From an uncultured Candidatus Saccharibacteria bacterium (lineage in GTDB: Bacteria > Patescibacteriota > Minisyncoccia > Phycocordibacterales > UBA2100): 64,000 bases of DNA. The notes under the pieces were generated by a model. That model searched no databases and had not been told where the DNA came from. It saw only the letters and a list, made by a program, of their open reading frames with translations. The stretch covers positions 161,108 through 225,107 of the forward strand of contig CAYNRJ010000002.1 in assembly GCA_964399865.1 (NCBI GenBank), read 5' to 3'. Shown one piece after another: positions 49,973 through 59,205 of this stretch; position 1 is the first letter of the stretch; the number at the start of each line of letters is the position of its first letter. The translations under genes and the position numbers were made by a program.

Positions 49973-50357
49973 GGCTTTTGAGATTTACATCTGCAAGCTC
50001 CAGTGCCTTTCGCACTAGTTCTTTCTGTTCCGGCGAGAGTTCCTGAATCGTATTAACGGTACCCTCGATTTCGACCCGCGTTTTATATGACGGGTGGTGA
50101 TGTTTGAGCCAGTACATGATCGCGGCAAAGTTCCTGTCCTTGACTGCGCCAATGAGCTGGCTTTCTGCTAAGTCGTTTACAAGGAGTCGACCATCAAAAA
50201 TGGCTTCATCTATTTTCTTGGCGAAATCTCCATCTTCATTTTTCCATCGATAGAAGGTCCAGCGGCTGATACCGAGTTTTTCACACGCAATCTGCACGAT
50301 TGGCGTTTTCTTTAGTTGCTCGAGCAATGCCTCTTTTGTCTGTTCTGTCTTTTTCAT
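49959..50357 (-). CDS. Putative terminase small subunit (HTH)
   Basis: AC...GISR.TFYRW...D..F, AE..L, A..YWLK; overlaps terL start. Confidence 0.75.
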   Translation of the reverse strand: MKKTEQTKEALLEQLKKTPIVQIACEKLGISRWTFYRWKNEDGDFAKKIDEAIFDGRLLVNDLAESQLIGAVKDRNFAAIMYWLKHHHPSYKTRVEIEGTVNTIQELSPEQKELVRKALELADVNLKSHGNE

Positions 50358-51118
50358 ATGCGCTTCGCTTTCTTGCCCGTCATTTTTTCCCAACGCTTGA
50401 TGATGGTCTGGCAGTACTCGGAGTCGAGTTCGATACCGAAACAACGGCGTTTGGTCTGCTCGCACGCCAAGAGGGTCGTGCCGCTCCCAAGGAAGCCGTC
50501 AAAGATTACGTCGCCCATACTAGTGCTGTTGAAAACAAGTCGTCGTACGAGTCCGATTGGTTTGGTGGTCGGATGCAATTTGCTCTTGTTGGGGCGTGGG
50601 TAAAAGAGTACTGATTTATCTTTGGAACGGCGGAAATGATGCGTGCCATACCAGCCATACACGATGAGTTCGTGCTGTGGGGCGTAGTCCAATCTGCCGA
50701 TGACCGACTGCTGCTTTACCCACACAAGTAGCTGTGCAATCTTGAATCCGCTGTCAGCCATGCCGTCGCGCAACGACCACACCATCTTGTCGGCGTTGAA
50801 GATGTATGCGCTGTTTTTCTTGGCGAGGTATGGCACCAACGCCTTCAACCACTCCTTGCTGAATTGGCGGTACTCGTCATCCGATTGCAACTGGTCGCCA
50901 ACGATGTCCTTGTCTTTGGTGAGCGTGCGAAAGTTGCGTTTGGATTCGGCAACCGCAACCCCATATGGAGGATCGGTGCAGAGCACATTGACGCGCTCAT
51001 CGCCAAGCAACTTCTTGAGAAGCTTCGCATCGCGACAATCTCCTTGCGCGAGTCTATGCTCTCCGAGCTGCCAGATACTAGCGGAGCTTTTTTGATTTTT
51101 GTCTGGTGAGTTTTTCAT
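50354..51118 (-). CDS. DNA N6-adenine/N4-cytosine methyltransferase
   Basis: TDPPY, HPTTKP, FLGSGTT (beta-class order). Confidence 0.92.
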   Translation of the reverse strand: MKNSPDKNQKSSASIWQLGEHRLAQGDCRDAKLLKKLLGDERVNVLCTDPPYGVAVAESKRNFRTLTKDKDIVGDQLQSDDEYRQFSKEWLKALVPYLAKKNSAYIFNADKMVWSLRDGMADSGFKIAQLLVWVKQQSVIGRLDYAPQHELIVYGWYGTHHFRRSKDKSVLFYPRPNKSKLHPTTKPIGLVRRLVFNSTSMGDVIFDGFLGSGTTLLACEQTKRRCFGIELDSEYCQTIIKRWEKMTGKKAKRI

Positions 51119-52355
51119 AGCGGCGTATTACCAAGTCAACGAATATCGGCTCGCGTTCGACCAAGTACGCAGAGCGCTTGAGCTGTTCACATGCCACGAG
51201 CAAGCTGCCCGAGCCACCAAAACAGTCGAGAATGATGTCGCCGGGCTTTGTGCAGCGTCGCAGAGCTTTCTCATGGAGCATCGGCGGCTTCTCGGTGGGG
51301 TGCTGGTAGTCGGTGCCGTTGAGGCGTTTGACCATCCAAATGTCGATCATGTCGTAGATGTCCTCCAGCGTGCGGTTGCCAGTACCGATCTCTTTGTTGA
51401 ACACCTCAGACAAATTCAATACTTTCTCACTCAAGTACGGCCTACCGACCGTGCCGTACACGCACGGCTCGTATTGCTTGTTGAAAGCGACTTGTGGTGT
51501 AGGTGTTGAGTTGTTCTTTACCCACAAGCACACACGCTTGTTGGCGATGCCGAGTTCGGCATACAGCGTCTGCAAGAGCCATATGTACTTCTGATCACAG
51601 TACGTGAATACGTGCGCGTCCTTGTCGAGAACCGACAGCGCATTCTCAAGCGCCATCTTGAGGAACTTTTTGTATTCATTGTCCGGCTTCGCGTCATCGA
51701 CCGTGCCGCCGTAGTTACGCTTGCCGCCGATGCCTTTGTTGTAGTCGAGCGAAATATTGTATGGAGGATCTTGGAGAATGGACTGTGCTTTCTTACCGCC
51801 CATCAATTTATTGAGCACGTCAGGATCGGTGCTATCGCCGCAGATAATGCGGTGCGTGCCGAGTTGGTACAGTTCGCCCAACTTGGATTTCGGCTTTTTG
51901 ATTTTCTCCAGCTCCTTCTCGATATCAAACTCATCGTCCTCGACCTCGAGATCATCGAAGATGTGTGCCATATCGGTGTCGTCGAAGCCGCTTACAAGGA
52001 GCGTATCGATGTCGAAGTTGTCCGCGAGTGCTTGCCAGTCCCAATCGCCATGGATGCGGTTGCTTCCAAGGAGATACTGGTCGTATTCCTTTTGTGTCAG
52101 CTTGCGGTTTGGCACGCGCACGGGAATGCTCTCGTGCTCGCGTCCCAAGAGCTTGAGCACCATGAGACGTTGGTGACCGGCGATCACGGTGTTGTCGGCA
52201 TCGACGACCGGCAATTCGACGAGGTCAAACTTTTTGAGTGAGCGCTTCAAGTCCTCGATCTGCTTCGGCGACATCGTGCGCGGATTTTTTATGTTGGGCA
52301 CGAGGTCGCTAATCTTGCATTCGGCCGTGTGCCATTGAAGTCTTTGCTGTGCCAT
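51078..52355 (-). CDS. ParB/Srx-like N-domain + DNA methyltransferase
   Basis: KNPR...IAGHQR N-terminus; QDPPY, HPTEKP, FGGSGS. Confidence 0.92.
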   Translation of the reverse strand: MAQQRLQWHTAECKISDLVPNIKNPRTMSPKQIEDLKRSLKKFDLVELPVVDADNTVIAGHQRLMVLKLLGREHESIPVRVPNRKLTQKEYDQYLLGSNRIHGDWDWQALADNFDIDTLLVSGFDDTDMAHIFDDLEVEDDEFDIEKELEKIKKPKSKLGELYQLGTHRIICGDSTDPDVLNKLMGGKKAQSILQDPPYNISLDYNKGIGGKRNYGGTVDDAKPDNEYKKFLKMALENALSVLDKDAHVFTYCDQKYIWLLQTLYAELGIANKRVCLWVKNNSTPTPQVAFNKQYEPCVYGTVGRPYLSEKVLNLSEVFNKEIGTGNRTLEDIYDMIDIWMVKRLNGTDYQHPTEKPPMLHEKALRRCTKPGDIILDCFGGSGSLLVACEQLKRSAYLVEREPIFVDLVIRRYEKLTRQKSKKLR

Positions 52356-52477
52356 ATATCTCTATCTGCAGAGATTTCAGCGGCAACAATAAAATGGCTC
52401 TACGCATAGCGTGAGATGCTGAGAAAATCAGAAAACGCCCGCTGAGATTTCAGCGGTTGCAACAATGAGTACTCCTC

Positions 52478-53299
52478 TCAGTTCTCTTCAGAATCTTCTT
52501 CTTGGATCGCATTATCAAGCAATCTACCTCCTGAGCGATGGAGCTCACCACCACCGCGCAGAATGGATTCTGATCTGAGCTTGCACTTGAGCTGGTAGCC
52601 GCAGTGGGGGTCGTAGAAATTGAAGGGACTGTCGGCAATCCCGAGCGCTGACGAAAGTTTTTGTGCTAGTGCCTGTTTGTTTTTCTGGAGTGCTGCTTTT
52701 GTTATGTTAAGTGAGCGGGACAAATTCTCCGTCGTCGGTACCATCATCTTTTTCTGCTCTGCGATAATGGATAGCTGGAGGAGAAGACCCCATTGCTTAT
52801 CTGGTTTACGGTCGCGCGTATTCTTGCGCGCAAAGCCGAGATCCGAATAATCGCAGTCTCGCATTCGGTTTCCTTTATAGAAGACCGAGAGCGTATAGAG
52901 ATCCTTGAAGCGTAATTCAAGATGTTCCCATCGTGTATCACTCGGCAACTCAACTACAGCGCGTTTCGATTCGATAATTTCAAGATCTCGAGGGATTGGT
53001 GATACTGCCCATTCTGGCCGGGAAGGAATAGTAAGTGGTGTGGCAGCTGCTTTCATGGCGATGTCGAACCGCGACATATCTTCCACGGCAGCCTGCATCA
53101 TTCGGTGAAATCGCGTTAGCGATTCCAATGCAGGAGCCATGGATAGCATCATGCGTTTTTGAGATTCGTGCAAATTAGCTAGTGTTTGTGCATATGGCGC
53201 TATCATACGGGCGGCATACGTGGCATATCGTTCAGCATCGTGCTGAGCGTTTGTGAACAGTGAAAGTGTATTGGATCTGAGCACGGGGAAGGTCGACAT
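52478..53299 (-). CDS. Hypothetical protein, possible C-terminal winged-helix DNA-binding region
   Basis: 273 aa ORF divergent from lexA. Confidence 0.6.
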   Translation of the reverse strand: MSTFPVLRSNTLSLFTNAQHDAERYATYAARMIAPYAQTLANLHESQKRMMLSMAPALESLTRFHRMMQAAVEDMSRFDIAMKAAATPLTIPSRPEWAVSPIPRDLEIIESKRAVVELPSDTRWEHLELRFKDLYTLSVFYKGNRMRDCDYSDLGFARKNTRDRKPDKQWGLLLQLSIIAEQKKMMVPTTENLSRSLNITKAALQKNKQALAQKLSSALGIADSPFNFYDPHCGYQLKCKLRSESILRGGGELHRSGGRLLDNAIQEEDSEEN

Positions 53300-53353
53300 G
53301 CTTCCATTCTAACACTAGTTGACAGTTGTGGACAAGGGTGTATCATTTCTCGT

Positions 53354-53971
53354 ATGAACCGGACCACAAAGAAGGACTTAGAAGGCTACGCTCTTATACG
53401 CAATCAGATCATGCATACCGGTGTTACGCCCTCCCTGCGTGAGATTGGGAGGGCTATTGGATACGTATCACCGCGCTCTGTACAGCTCATGTTGAAGCGA
53501 CTCCAAGTTCGAGGGCTTCTTTTGTATGAGGGGGGCGTTATTAAGCTTTCCTCGAAGAAAACCCCAACGATGTCGGAGCAGACAGTGAATGTTCCGTTGG
53601 TTGGTTCGGTTGCGTGCGGCCTACCGTCGCTTGCAGAGCAAGATGTTGAGGCGCTTATCCCGATTTCAACGCGCATTGCACGGCCCGGGCATACATACTT
53701 TCTGCTTCGTGCTGTCGGAACATCGATGAACAAGTCGGGCATCAATGATGGTGACCTGGCGCTAGTGCGTCAGCAGCCGAGCGCCAGCGACGGAGAGAAA
53801 GTAGTGGCCCTCATCAACGACGAGGCGACGATCAAACATCTCCATCACGAGGAGGGGGTGATTGTGCTCAAGCCGAACTCTACGGATCCGGCGCACAAGC
53901 CGATAGTTCTTTCAGACGAATTTATTATTCAGGGAGTTGTTACCGCAACACTCCCTGCCAATCTCTATTAG
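53354..53971 (+). CDS. lexA: LexA-family repressor (S24 peptidase)
   Basis: PSLREI HTH, VACG cleavage site, GTSM Ser, TIK Lys. Confidence 0.9.
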   Translation: MNRTTKKDLEGYALIRNQIMHTGVTPSLREIGRAIGYVSPRSVQLMLKRLQVRGLLLYEGGVIKLSSKKTPTMSEQTVNVPLVGSVACGLPSLAEQDVEALIPISTRIARPGHTYFLLRAVGTSMNKSGINDGDLALVRQQPSASDGEKVVALINDEATIKHLHHEEGVIVLKPNSTDPAHKPIVLSDEFIIQGVVTATLPANLY

Positions 53972-53973
53972 GT

Positions 53974-54201
53974 ATGGCAAAAAACATACACACCGTTTAT
54001 AACTCCGACCGCGAACGCTGGGAGAATAAGGCCGAAGGCAAAAGCGACCCGCTCTCAACGCATCGTACAAAAGAGAATGCGCTCAATGCGGGCGAGAAGA
54101 TCGCCGAGACAAAACACGTTGAGCATTTTATTCACGGCAAGGATGGCAAGATCCAAGAGCGTAACAGCTACGGCAACGATCCGTTCCCACCGCGTGGGTA
54201 A
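53974..54201 (+). CDS. DUF2188 family protein
   Basis: IHGKDGKIQERNSYGNDPFPPRG. Confidence 0.9.
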   Translation: MAKNIHTVYNSDRERWENKAEGKSDPLSTHRTKENALNAGEKIAETKHVEHFIHGKDGKIQERNSYGNDPFPPRG

Positions 54202-54222
54202 TTATTATTTAAATTCAAAAAT

Positions 54223-54669
54223 ATGGACACAGTCTTTGTTAGTTTTGATTATACGAATGATAAGCACTACAAGTACCTCCTTGAGGCGTGGCACGCCAAT
54301 CCAAAATTCCAGTTTGTTTTTGATGACGGTACGCCAACCGAGATCGACAGCACCAATGTAGGGCGCATCAAAGCTGCACTCACTTCAAAAATAAAGGAGG
54401 CGACTCACACATTGGTTATCGTTGGCAAGCAAGCTAATCAGCGACATTGGAAGAGCGACCTCATTGGTTACAAGAATTGGATTAACTTTGAGGTAAACCG
54501 AAGTATCCAAGAAGGCAAGCGACTTGCTGTTGTGCGTCTTGAACGCTCGTATGATCTGCCCGAAGAACTATCTGGAGGTCAGTATTCATTGGTTGAGGGA
54601 TTCAGCGAGACGAATGTTATGCAGGCGCTGAATACTGCTCCGTACCAACGAGTAACTCGTTATGCCTGA
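54223..54669 (+). CDS. TIR-like domain protein (DUF1863/ThsB-like)
   Basis: VFVSFDY start, LVIVG, WINFE with catalytic Glu. Confidence 0.85.
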   Translation: MDTVFVSFDYTNDKHYKYLLEAWHANPKFQFVFDDGTPTEIDSTNVGRIKAALTSKIKEATHTLVIVGKQANQRHWKSDLIGYKNWINFEVNRSIQEGKRLAVVRLERSYDLPEELSGGQYSLVEGFSETNVMQALNTAPYQRVTRYA

Positions 54670-55258
54670 TTCTGTTTCAATTCTCTACGATCACTACAAA
54701 GACACTTGCGCGATAGTCGGCGAGGCGGTAAAGCGGCGTGATCGTGCCATGTTGCTTGTAATCATTGCAGCGGCATTTTTCGCCTTTCAAACAATATTCC
54801 CGAGCGCAGCTGATCTTGCGGTGACCGATTATCTCGGTTTTAAATTCGGACTGACACTCGGGATTAACCTATCTATCATTGGTAATGTGGTCTGGGTGCT
54901 TATTCTTTTGTTTACTTTGCGATACTTTCAAACCGCCGTGTTTGTCGAGCGACAATACGCATATCTCCATCAACTTGAAGATAAGCTAAACGTTGCGATC
55001 GGTCAGGACCTAATCACTCGCGAGGGAAAATCGTATCTTGCTGACTATCCGCGGTTCTCAGATTGGATGTGGATGATCTACACGATCATATTTCCAGCGC
55101 TTTTATTTTTTGTAACCTGCGTCAAGATAGCTGCAGAATGGCTCAGCACATCTGGCGAGGGGGTTACCTTTGGGTTGCTTGTTAATACCGGAATATTCAT
55201 ACTGCTTGCTGTTTCAATCGGACTATACCTTGGCATGTTGCACTTCAAGAAAAAGTGA
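54662..55258 (+). CDS. Four-TM membrane protein, putative effector
   Basis: Four hydrophobic helices; start overlaps TIR stop. Confidence 0.75.
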   Translation: MPDSVSILYDHYKDTCAIVGEAVKRRDRAMLLVIIAAAFFAFQTIFPSAADLAVTDYLGFKFGLTLGINLSIIGNVVWVLILLFTLRYFQTAVFVERQYAYLHQLEDKLNVAIGQDLITREGKSYLADYPRFSDWMWMIYTIIFPALLFFVTCVKIAAEWLSTSGEGVTFGLLVNTGIFILLAVSIGLYLGMLHFKKK

Positions 55259-55430
55259 CAGAGCAGAAGTTCAAAATAGTGTCACTTTTGTCACTTTTTG
55301 CACCCTACACAGGCCCGACTGAGACGCCTCAATTTGGTACACTGAAAGTTCTCGAAGAACCCTTACACGGCCTCAACTTGTGGGGTTCCAGACTGAGTCA
55401 GTCAGCAAAATGAGCACCGCGAATTTTGCG

Positions 55431-55525
55431 GCGGGACTTGGATTGGGAGAGGGTCGGAGAACGGGAGTTCTCCGTGGAGGAAGGAATGGGAAAACCGTGG
55501 CGTTTCCCAGGAGTCCTTGTCCCGC
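55431..55525. other. Structured element closed by tRNA-Gln 3'-end-derived stem
   Basis: GCGGGACTTGGATT is exact reverse complement of tRNA 33593-33606; pairs with AGTCCTTGTCCCGC; two internal hairpins. Confidence 0.7.
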
Positions 55526-55583
55526 GACCCTGTTTTTTTGCAAGCCTTTACAGTAGATGAAGACGTTGTACTGTTCTGCGTAT

Positions 55584-55766
55584 ATGAACAGCAATTTTTT
55601 ATATACTCTGTTGGCTGTCGTTGTAATGGGGTTAGCGTTCGCTTTTTATTGGTACTCCTATAGACCAGAGCAGATCAGGAAAAATTGCTATCAAGCGGTC
55701 CTTCAAACATCTGATTTTGACCTAAACTACCGAAGTTGTTTGCGAGACCACGGCCTAGATAAATAA
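55584..55766 (+). CDS. Small membrane-anchored protein with Cys pair
   Basis: TM then RP.QIRK.C...Y..CL..HGL. Confidence 0.65.
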   Translation: MNSNFLYTLLAVVVMGLAFAFYWYSYRPEQIRKNCYQAVLQTSDFDLNYRSCLRDHGLDK

Positions 55767-55810
55767 ACAAAAAGGGAGCATGAAATTAGGTCCAATTCAA
55801 TTCGCGATAC

Positions 55811-56851
55811 ATGGTAACTCATGAACAGGCAGCAATTTGGGGGAATTTCTGGCAGATATTCCACCTGTCTAAAATGCTTATCTCCGATTACGAAAATATT
55901 CCCACGAAACAAGAACTGTTAAAAAATCTCCCCCAAATTGAAACGGCATATATAGATTCAATTATTGTTCACGTAGCAAAAATTTTTACACGCTCTGATA
56001 ACGAGCCGTTTAGTTTGGCGAAGTTTAAGACACTTTGTCGTGATGAAATCAGAAAAGAAATTGAAGGAGTAGAGGGTGAGTACAAAGATATCATTGGTAA
56101 GATAATTACAAACAGAAACAGGCTTATTGCGCATCTCGATAAAACGTTCTATGAACTTTATTTTTCGAAAAGCGAAATAGAAAGAATGGAACAAGCAATG
56201 AGCACAGGGATGGGGATGAGTTTAAACGACGCAAAGAGTATATACGCCTCAATGCCCCGAACCGCAGACAAAAGCAAAGAACGGTATTCTTTTGGCGACT
56301 TTAGAGAAGATTTCCCACGTATAAAGGCGATGATAGATAAGCTCGAAGATATTTGGGGTAGATCAATGCCATTTGTGGAATCGGGAGTCCGAGCGACAGA
56401 AAGAAATGCCTCTGCCTTTTTATCGCTTTCATTACGTTTTGCTAAAGAGTATCTCAAACAATTAAAGGCCTTGAGGAAGATACATGGAGAAGCTGAGATT
56501 CAAGAATTAAATGAACTAACTGTTCATCATAGAGCACTCTGGACAGCACTTATAGTTGAAATTAGGAAATTGTTCGGTGCATCTTTCAAAGGGTACAAAA
56601 ATTATTCTTTAAGAGAAATTGATTTCTTTAAAAATGAACCTCATAAAACAAAAATTGATACTGTGTATGGCAATCATATAATTCAAAGAATTTTGAAAAC
56701 AAGTAATAATTTTACTGTTCACCTCAGTCAAGAGCAGGAGGTTCCGTTAGATATAGTGCAAATTTGTAATTCCAATCTTGAGGATTTACTTACTCAACTT
56801 CAAGAGCCAATGGAAGCTTTTAGAAACACTCTCGAGCCTGAGGGAGTTTGA
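55811..56851 (+). CDS. Putative tandem HEPN (AbiU2-like) protein
   Basis: RNRLIAH motif; second similar half with degenerate SNNFTVH; AT-rich. Confidence 0.6.
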   Translation: MVTHEQAAIWGNFWQIFHLSKMLISDYENIPTKQELLKNLPQIETAYIDSIIVHVAKIFTRSDNEPFSLAKFKTLCRDEIRKEIEGVEGEYKDIIGKIITNRNRLIAHLDKTFYELYFSKSEIERMEQAMSTGMGMSLNDAKSIYASMPRTADKSKERYSFGDFREDFPRIKAMIDKLEDIWGRSMPFVESGVRATERNASAFLSLSLRFAKEYLKQLKALRKIHGEAEIQELNELTVHHRALWTALIVEIRKLFGASFKGYKNYSLREIDFFKNEPHKTKIDTVYGNHIIQRILKTSNNFTVHLSQEQEVPLDIVQICNSNLEDLLTQLQEPMEAFRNTLEPEGV

Positions 56852-56857
56852 AAAGTT

Positions 56858-57661
56858 ATGAGCAAAAATCAATTAACCCGAGTTCAACATTTTGTTCCGA
56901 GATTCATTCTAAAAAGATTTATTAGTTCAGGTAAGTTCAAGTTGGTTGATAAGAGATACGAAAAGTCCTCCCAGAGAACTCCCAAAGGGAGTATGTATAA
57001 GGAATATTTTTATGAACACGATGATTTTAACCCAAATGAAGTTGAGGATCTGCTCGCATCAAGAGAGGGTATATATGCTCCGATAATTGAAAAAATAATT
57101 TCAAGACAGGAACTTACTCTCAAAGAGCATCGGACGCTAATAGAATTTCGACATATCACATACTACAGATCAAATGAGTTTATAGGTTTCCATACATACA
57201 AGAAAAATAGAGGAGAGAGAAGCTCTGACCAAAGACTAGATTGGTTACGGATTAATGGAATATTTGGCTCCGATATCACAGATAAAAACATCAAAAGGTC
57301 TCAGCTTAAAGCTATCCAGAGCGTTATTAGTAAAAAAGATTCGGCTTATCAGATAAGTTCGGTTACCCCAATATGTCTTGTCGCTATAGCGAAAGACAGA
57401 AAGTTTGTTATTGGTGACAATGGTTCTATTTCAATGGGAGATGAATTTGAAGGAATGACGGTTATTGTCATATCGCCAACTCATGCCCTCGCTTTTCCAC
57501 GAGCAAGTACAGCACTTGAATTGATGAAAAAGATTGGAGTTACCAGCCAAACATCTACGATTGTGCGTTTAGAGATTGATAACGACCTCGTTGATACACT
57601 TAATGAGCGTATTGTTGATAATGCCTTCGAGTATTATATTGACCCGAACGCCCGTGCGTAG
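56858..57661 (+). CDS. DUF4238 domain protein
   Basis: QHFVPRFILKRF N-terminus, FVIGDN, ISP. Confidence 0.75.
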   Translation: MSKNQLTRVQHFVPRFILKRFISSGKFKLVDKRYEKSSQRTPKGSMYKEYFYEHDDFNPNEVEDLLASREGIYAPIIEKIISRQELTLKEHRTLIEFRHITYYRSNEFIGFHTYKKNRGERSSDQRLDWLRINGIFGSDITDKNIKRSQLKAIQSVISKKDSAYQISSVTPICLVAIAKDRKFVIGDNGSISMGDEFEGMTVIVISPTHALAFPRASTALELMKKIGVTSQTSTIVRLEIDNDLVDTLNERIVDNAFEYYIDPNARA

Positions 57662-57719
57662 GATAAAAGAGTTCCAATATCGTCCATGACCCCCAGTTAA
57701 TAAAGAATCAAAAAAGATT

Positions 57720-57971
57720 ATGGAATTATCTGAAAACCAATGTCCAAGTTGTGCCTATGATCTTGGTTTTAGGGCATGGGATAGCGAATCGCCTTCTTTG
57801 GAGATATGTCCGTCATGTGGAATTCAATTTGGTTATGACGATATGGCCGGCGGAGATGTTCAGAAAAGAAAGAAGCTTTATGTGAATTGGAAAGCAGCTT
57901 GGAACGCAAACGAAAGACAGCCCCTCAATAAACGGCAGATCCTAGATGTTATAAACGCTAGTTTGATTTAG
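57720..57971 (+). CDS. Small zinc-ribbon protein (CPxC...CPxC)
   Basis: CPSCAY...EICPSCGIQFGYDD. Confidence 0.75.
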   Translation: MELSENQCPSCAYDLGFRAWDSESPSLEICPSCGIQFGYDDMAGGDVQKRKKLYVNWKAAWNANERQPLNKRQILDVINASLI

Positions 57972-58019
57972 AATAGTTCCAACATCGTCCATGACCCCCA
58001 GCACGGTATACTGATTTTT

Positions 58020-58364
58020 ATGAAGTACTGGATTAAGCGATTGTCGCATCCGTTTCGAGGATTGTATTATGCATTCACCCACGACAGTGCAATCCAAATC
58101 GAAACAGTTCTCGCTATAGTAGGCCTGCCAACTGTTTATTTCTTATTCAACCTTTCTGAAAGTGAATTACTATTACTGGTATTCTGTTGGTTTTTTGTAA
58201 TGGTTGCCGAGCTTCAGAACTCAGCAATTGAAATAGCACTTACTAAAATTCACCCTGAGCACGACGAGGCGATTGGGCGTAGCAAGGATCTCGCTTCAGC
58301 GGCGGTGGTCTGGGCAGCAACTTTTGGACTCGTGTGCCTTGCATTCGTGATTTTTAATAATTAG
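58020..58364 (+). CDS. Diacylglycerol/undecaprenol kinase (DgkA family)
   Basis: AELQNSAIE, SKDLASAAV, 3 TM. Confidence 0.88.
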   Translation: MKYWIKRLSHPFRGLYYAFTHDSAIQIETVLAIVGLPTVYFLFNLSESELLLLVFCWFFVMVAELQNSAIEIALTKIHPEHDEAIGRSKDLASAAVVWAATFGLVCLAFVIFNN

Positions 58365-58410
58365 CATAGGAAAATTCCAAACTCGTCCATGATCCTTAAC
58401 GGTTGATTTT

Positions 58411-58836
58411 ATGAAAGCAACACCTGCTCTAATACCGGAATGTAAAGTTAGGGATTTTGAGAAAAGCATAGACTTCTATACTCGATTGGCCGAATTCAAA
58501 GTTTTGTACGATAGGCCAGAAGAGAAATTTGCGATGCTCGATAGAGATGGTGCGAGGCTTATGATCGAACTCCTGGAAGCTCAGGACAGGTGGGCAGTTG
58601 GCAAGCGAGAGTATCCGCTTGGCCAGGGGATTAATTTTCAAATTGAAGTAGAGAACGTTGAGGCACTATATAAGAATTTTAATGATGCAATATATCCGAT
58701 ATTCTTTGAGATGGAAGAGAAGTGGTATCGTCGAGTCGACGTGGAGGTCGGTAATCGGCAGTTCTTAGTACAAGATCCTGATGGGTATCTCTTGCGCTTC
58801 TTCCAAGATTTAGGTGCTAGACTGATCCAGAAATAA
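58411..58836 (+). CDS. VOC/glyoxalase-bleomycin resistance family protein
   Basis: S..FY, P.G.GINFQI, F.VQDPDGYLLRF. Confidence 0.9.
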   Translation: MKATPALIPECKVRDFEKSIDFYTRLAEFKVLYDRPEEKFAMLDRDGARLMIELLEAQDRWAVGKREYPLGQGINFQIEVENVEALYKNFNDAIYPIFFEMEEKWYRRVDVEVGNRQFLVQDPDGYLLRFFQDLGARLIQK

Positions 58837-58905
58837 TTGAAGCTTCGGGTCAGATCCCAATCCTCAGCGAATCAAAACACAACGATTTCTTGATATAGTG
58901 TATTT

Positions 58906-59205
58906 ATGGAGAAAATCCGAGCCAAAGGTTTGGAATCCAAGCTATCTTACTCTGATGAGCAGATGGCCCTAGTTCGTGTGCTCGTGCAAGATGAAGCGTG
59001 CAGCACCGAAATGCTCAATCAACTTACAGGAATTCCTATCGGCTCGATCAGTGGTTTGTGTAAAAAACTCGATATCGAACGTCCTCTTAATTTCGGCGGA
59101 GGAAAAACAGGAGCCATACGTCGCGCGCGAGCGATGCCTCTTATAAGGAGAAAATACGGAGCGCAAATAGAGGCGCTTTTTGGAGTTAAGAATGACTTAG
59201 AATAA
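58906..59205 (+). CDS. Hypothetical protein, possible HTH
   Basis: 99 aa ORF with TATAGT 6 nt upstream of ATG. Confidence 0.6.
   Translation: MEKIRAKGLESKLSYSDEQMALVRVLVQDEACSTEMLNQLTGIPIGSISGLCKKLDIERPLNFGGGKTGAIRRARAMPLIRRKYGAQIEALFGVKNDLE

Larger units (their letters stand above)
33619..55401. mobile_element. Integrative element / genomic island next to tRNA-Gln (boundaries tentative)
   Basis: Serine recombinase adjacent to tRNA, terminase/MTase/LexA module, cargo genes; candidate shared core CTRAGTCAG at 33619-33627 and 55393-55401. Confidence 0.7.

Noticed and set aside
33612-55400. Complete prophage
   Set aside because: No recognisable capsid, portal, tail, lysis or replication genes
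33593-55444. Invertible 22-kb segment bounded by inverted tRNA-end copies
   Set aside because: The inverted 14-mer is explained locally as one arm of the 55431-55525 stem; no other evidence of inversion
58850-58875. Fifth copy of the cassette repeat (AGATCCCAATCCTC)
   Set aside because: Similarity too weak to separate from chance, although the position after a stop codon fits
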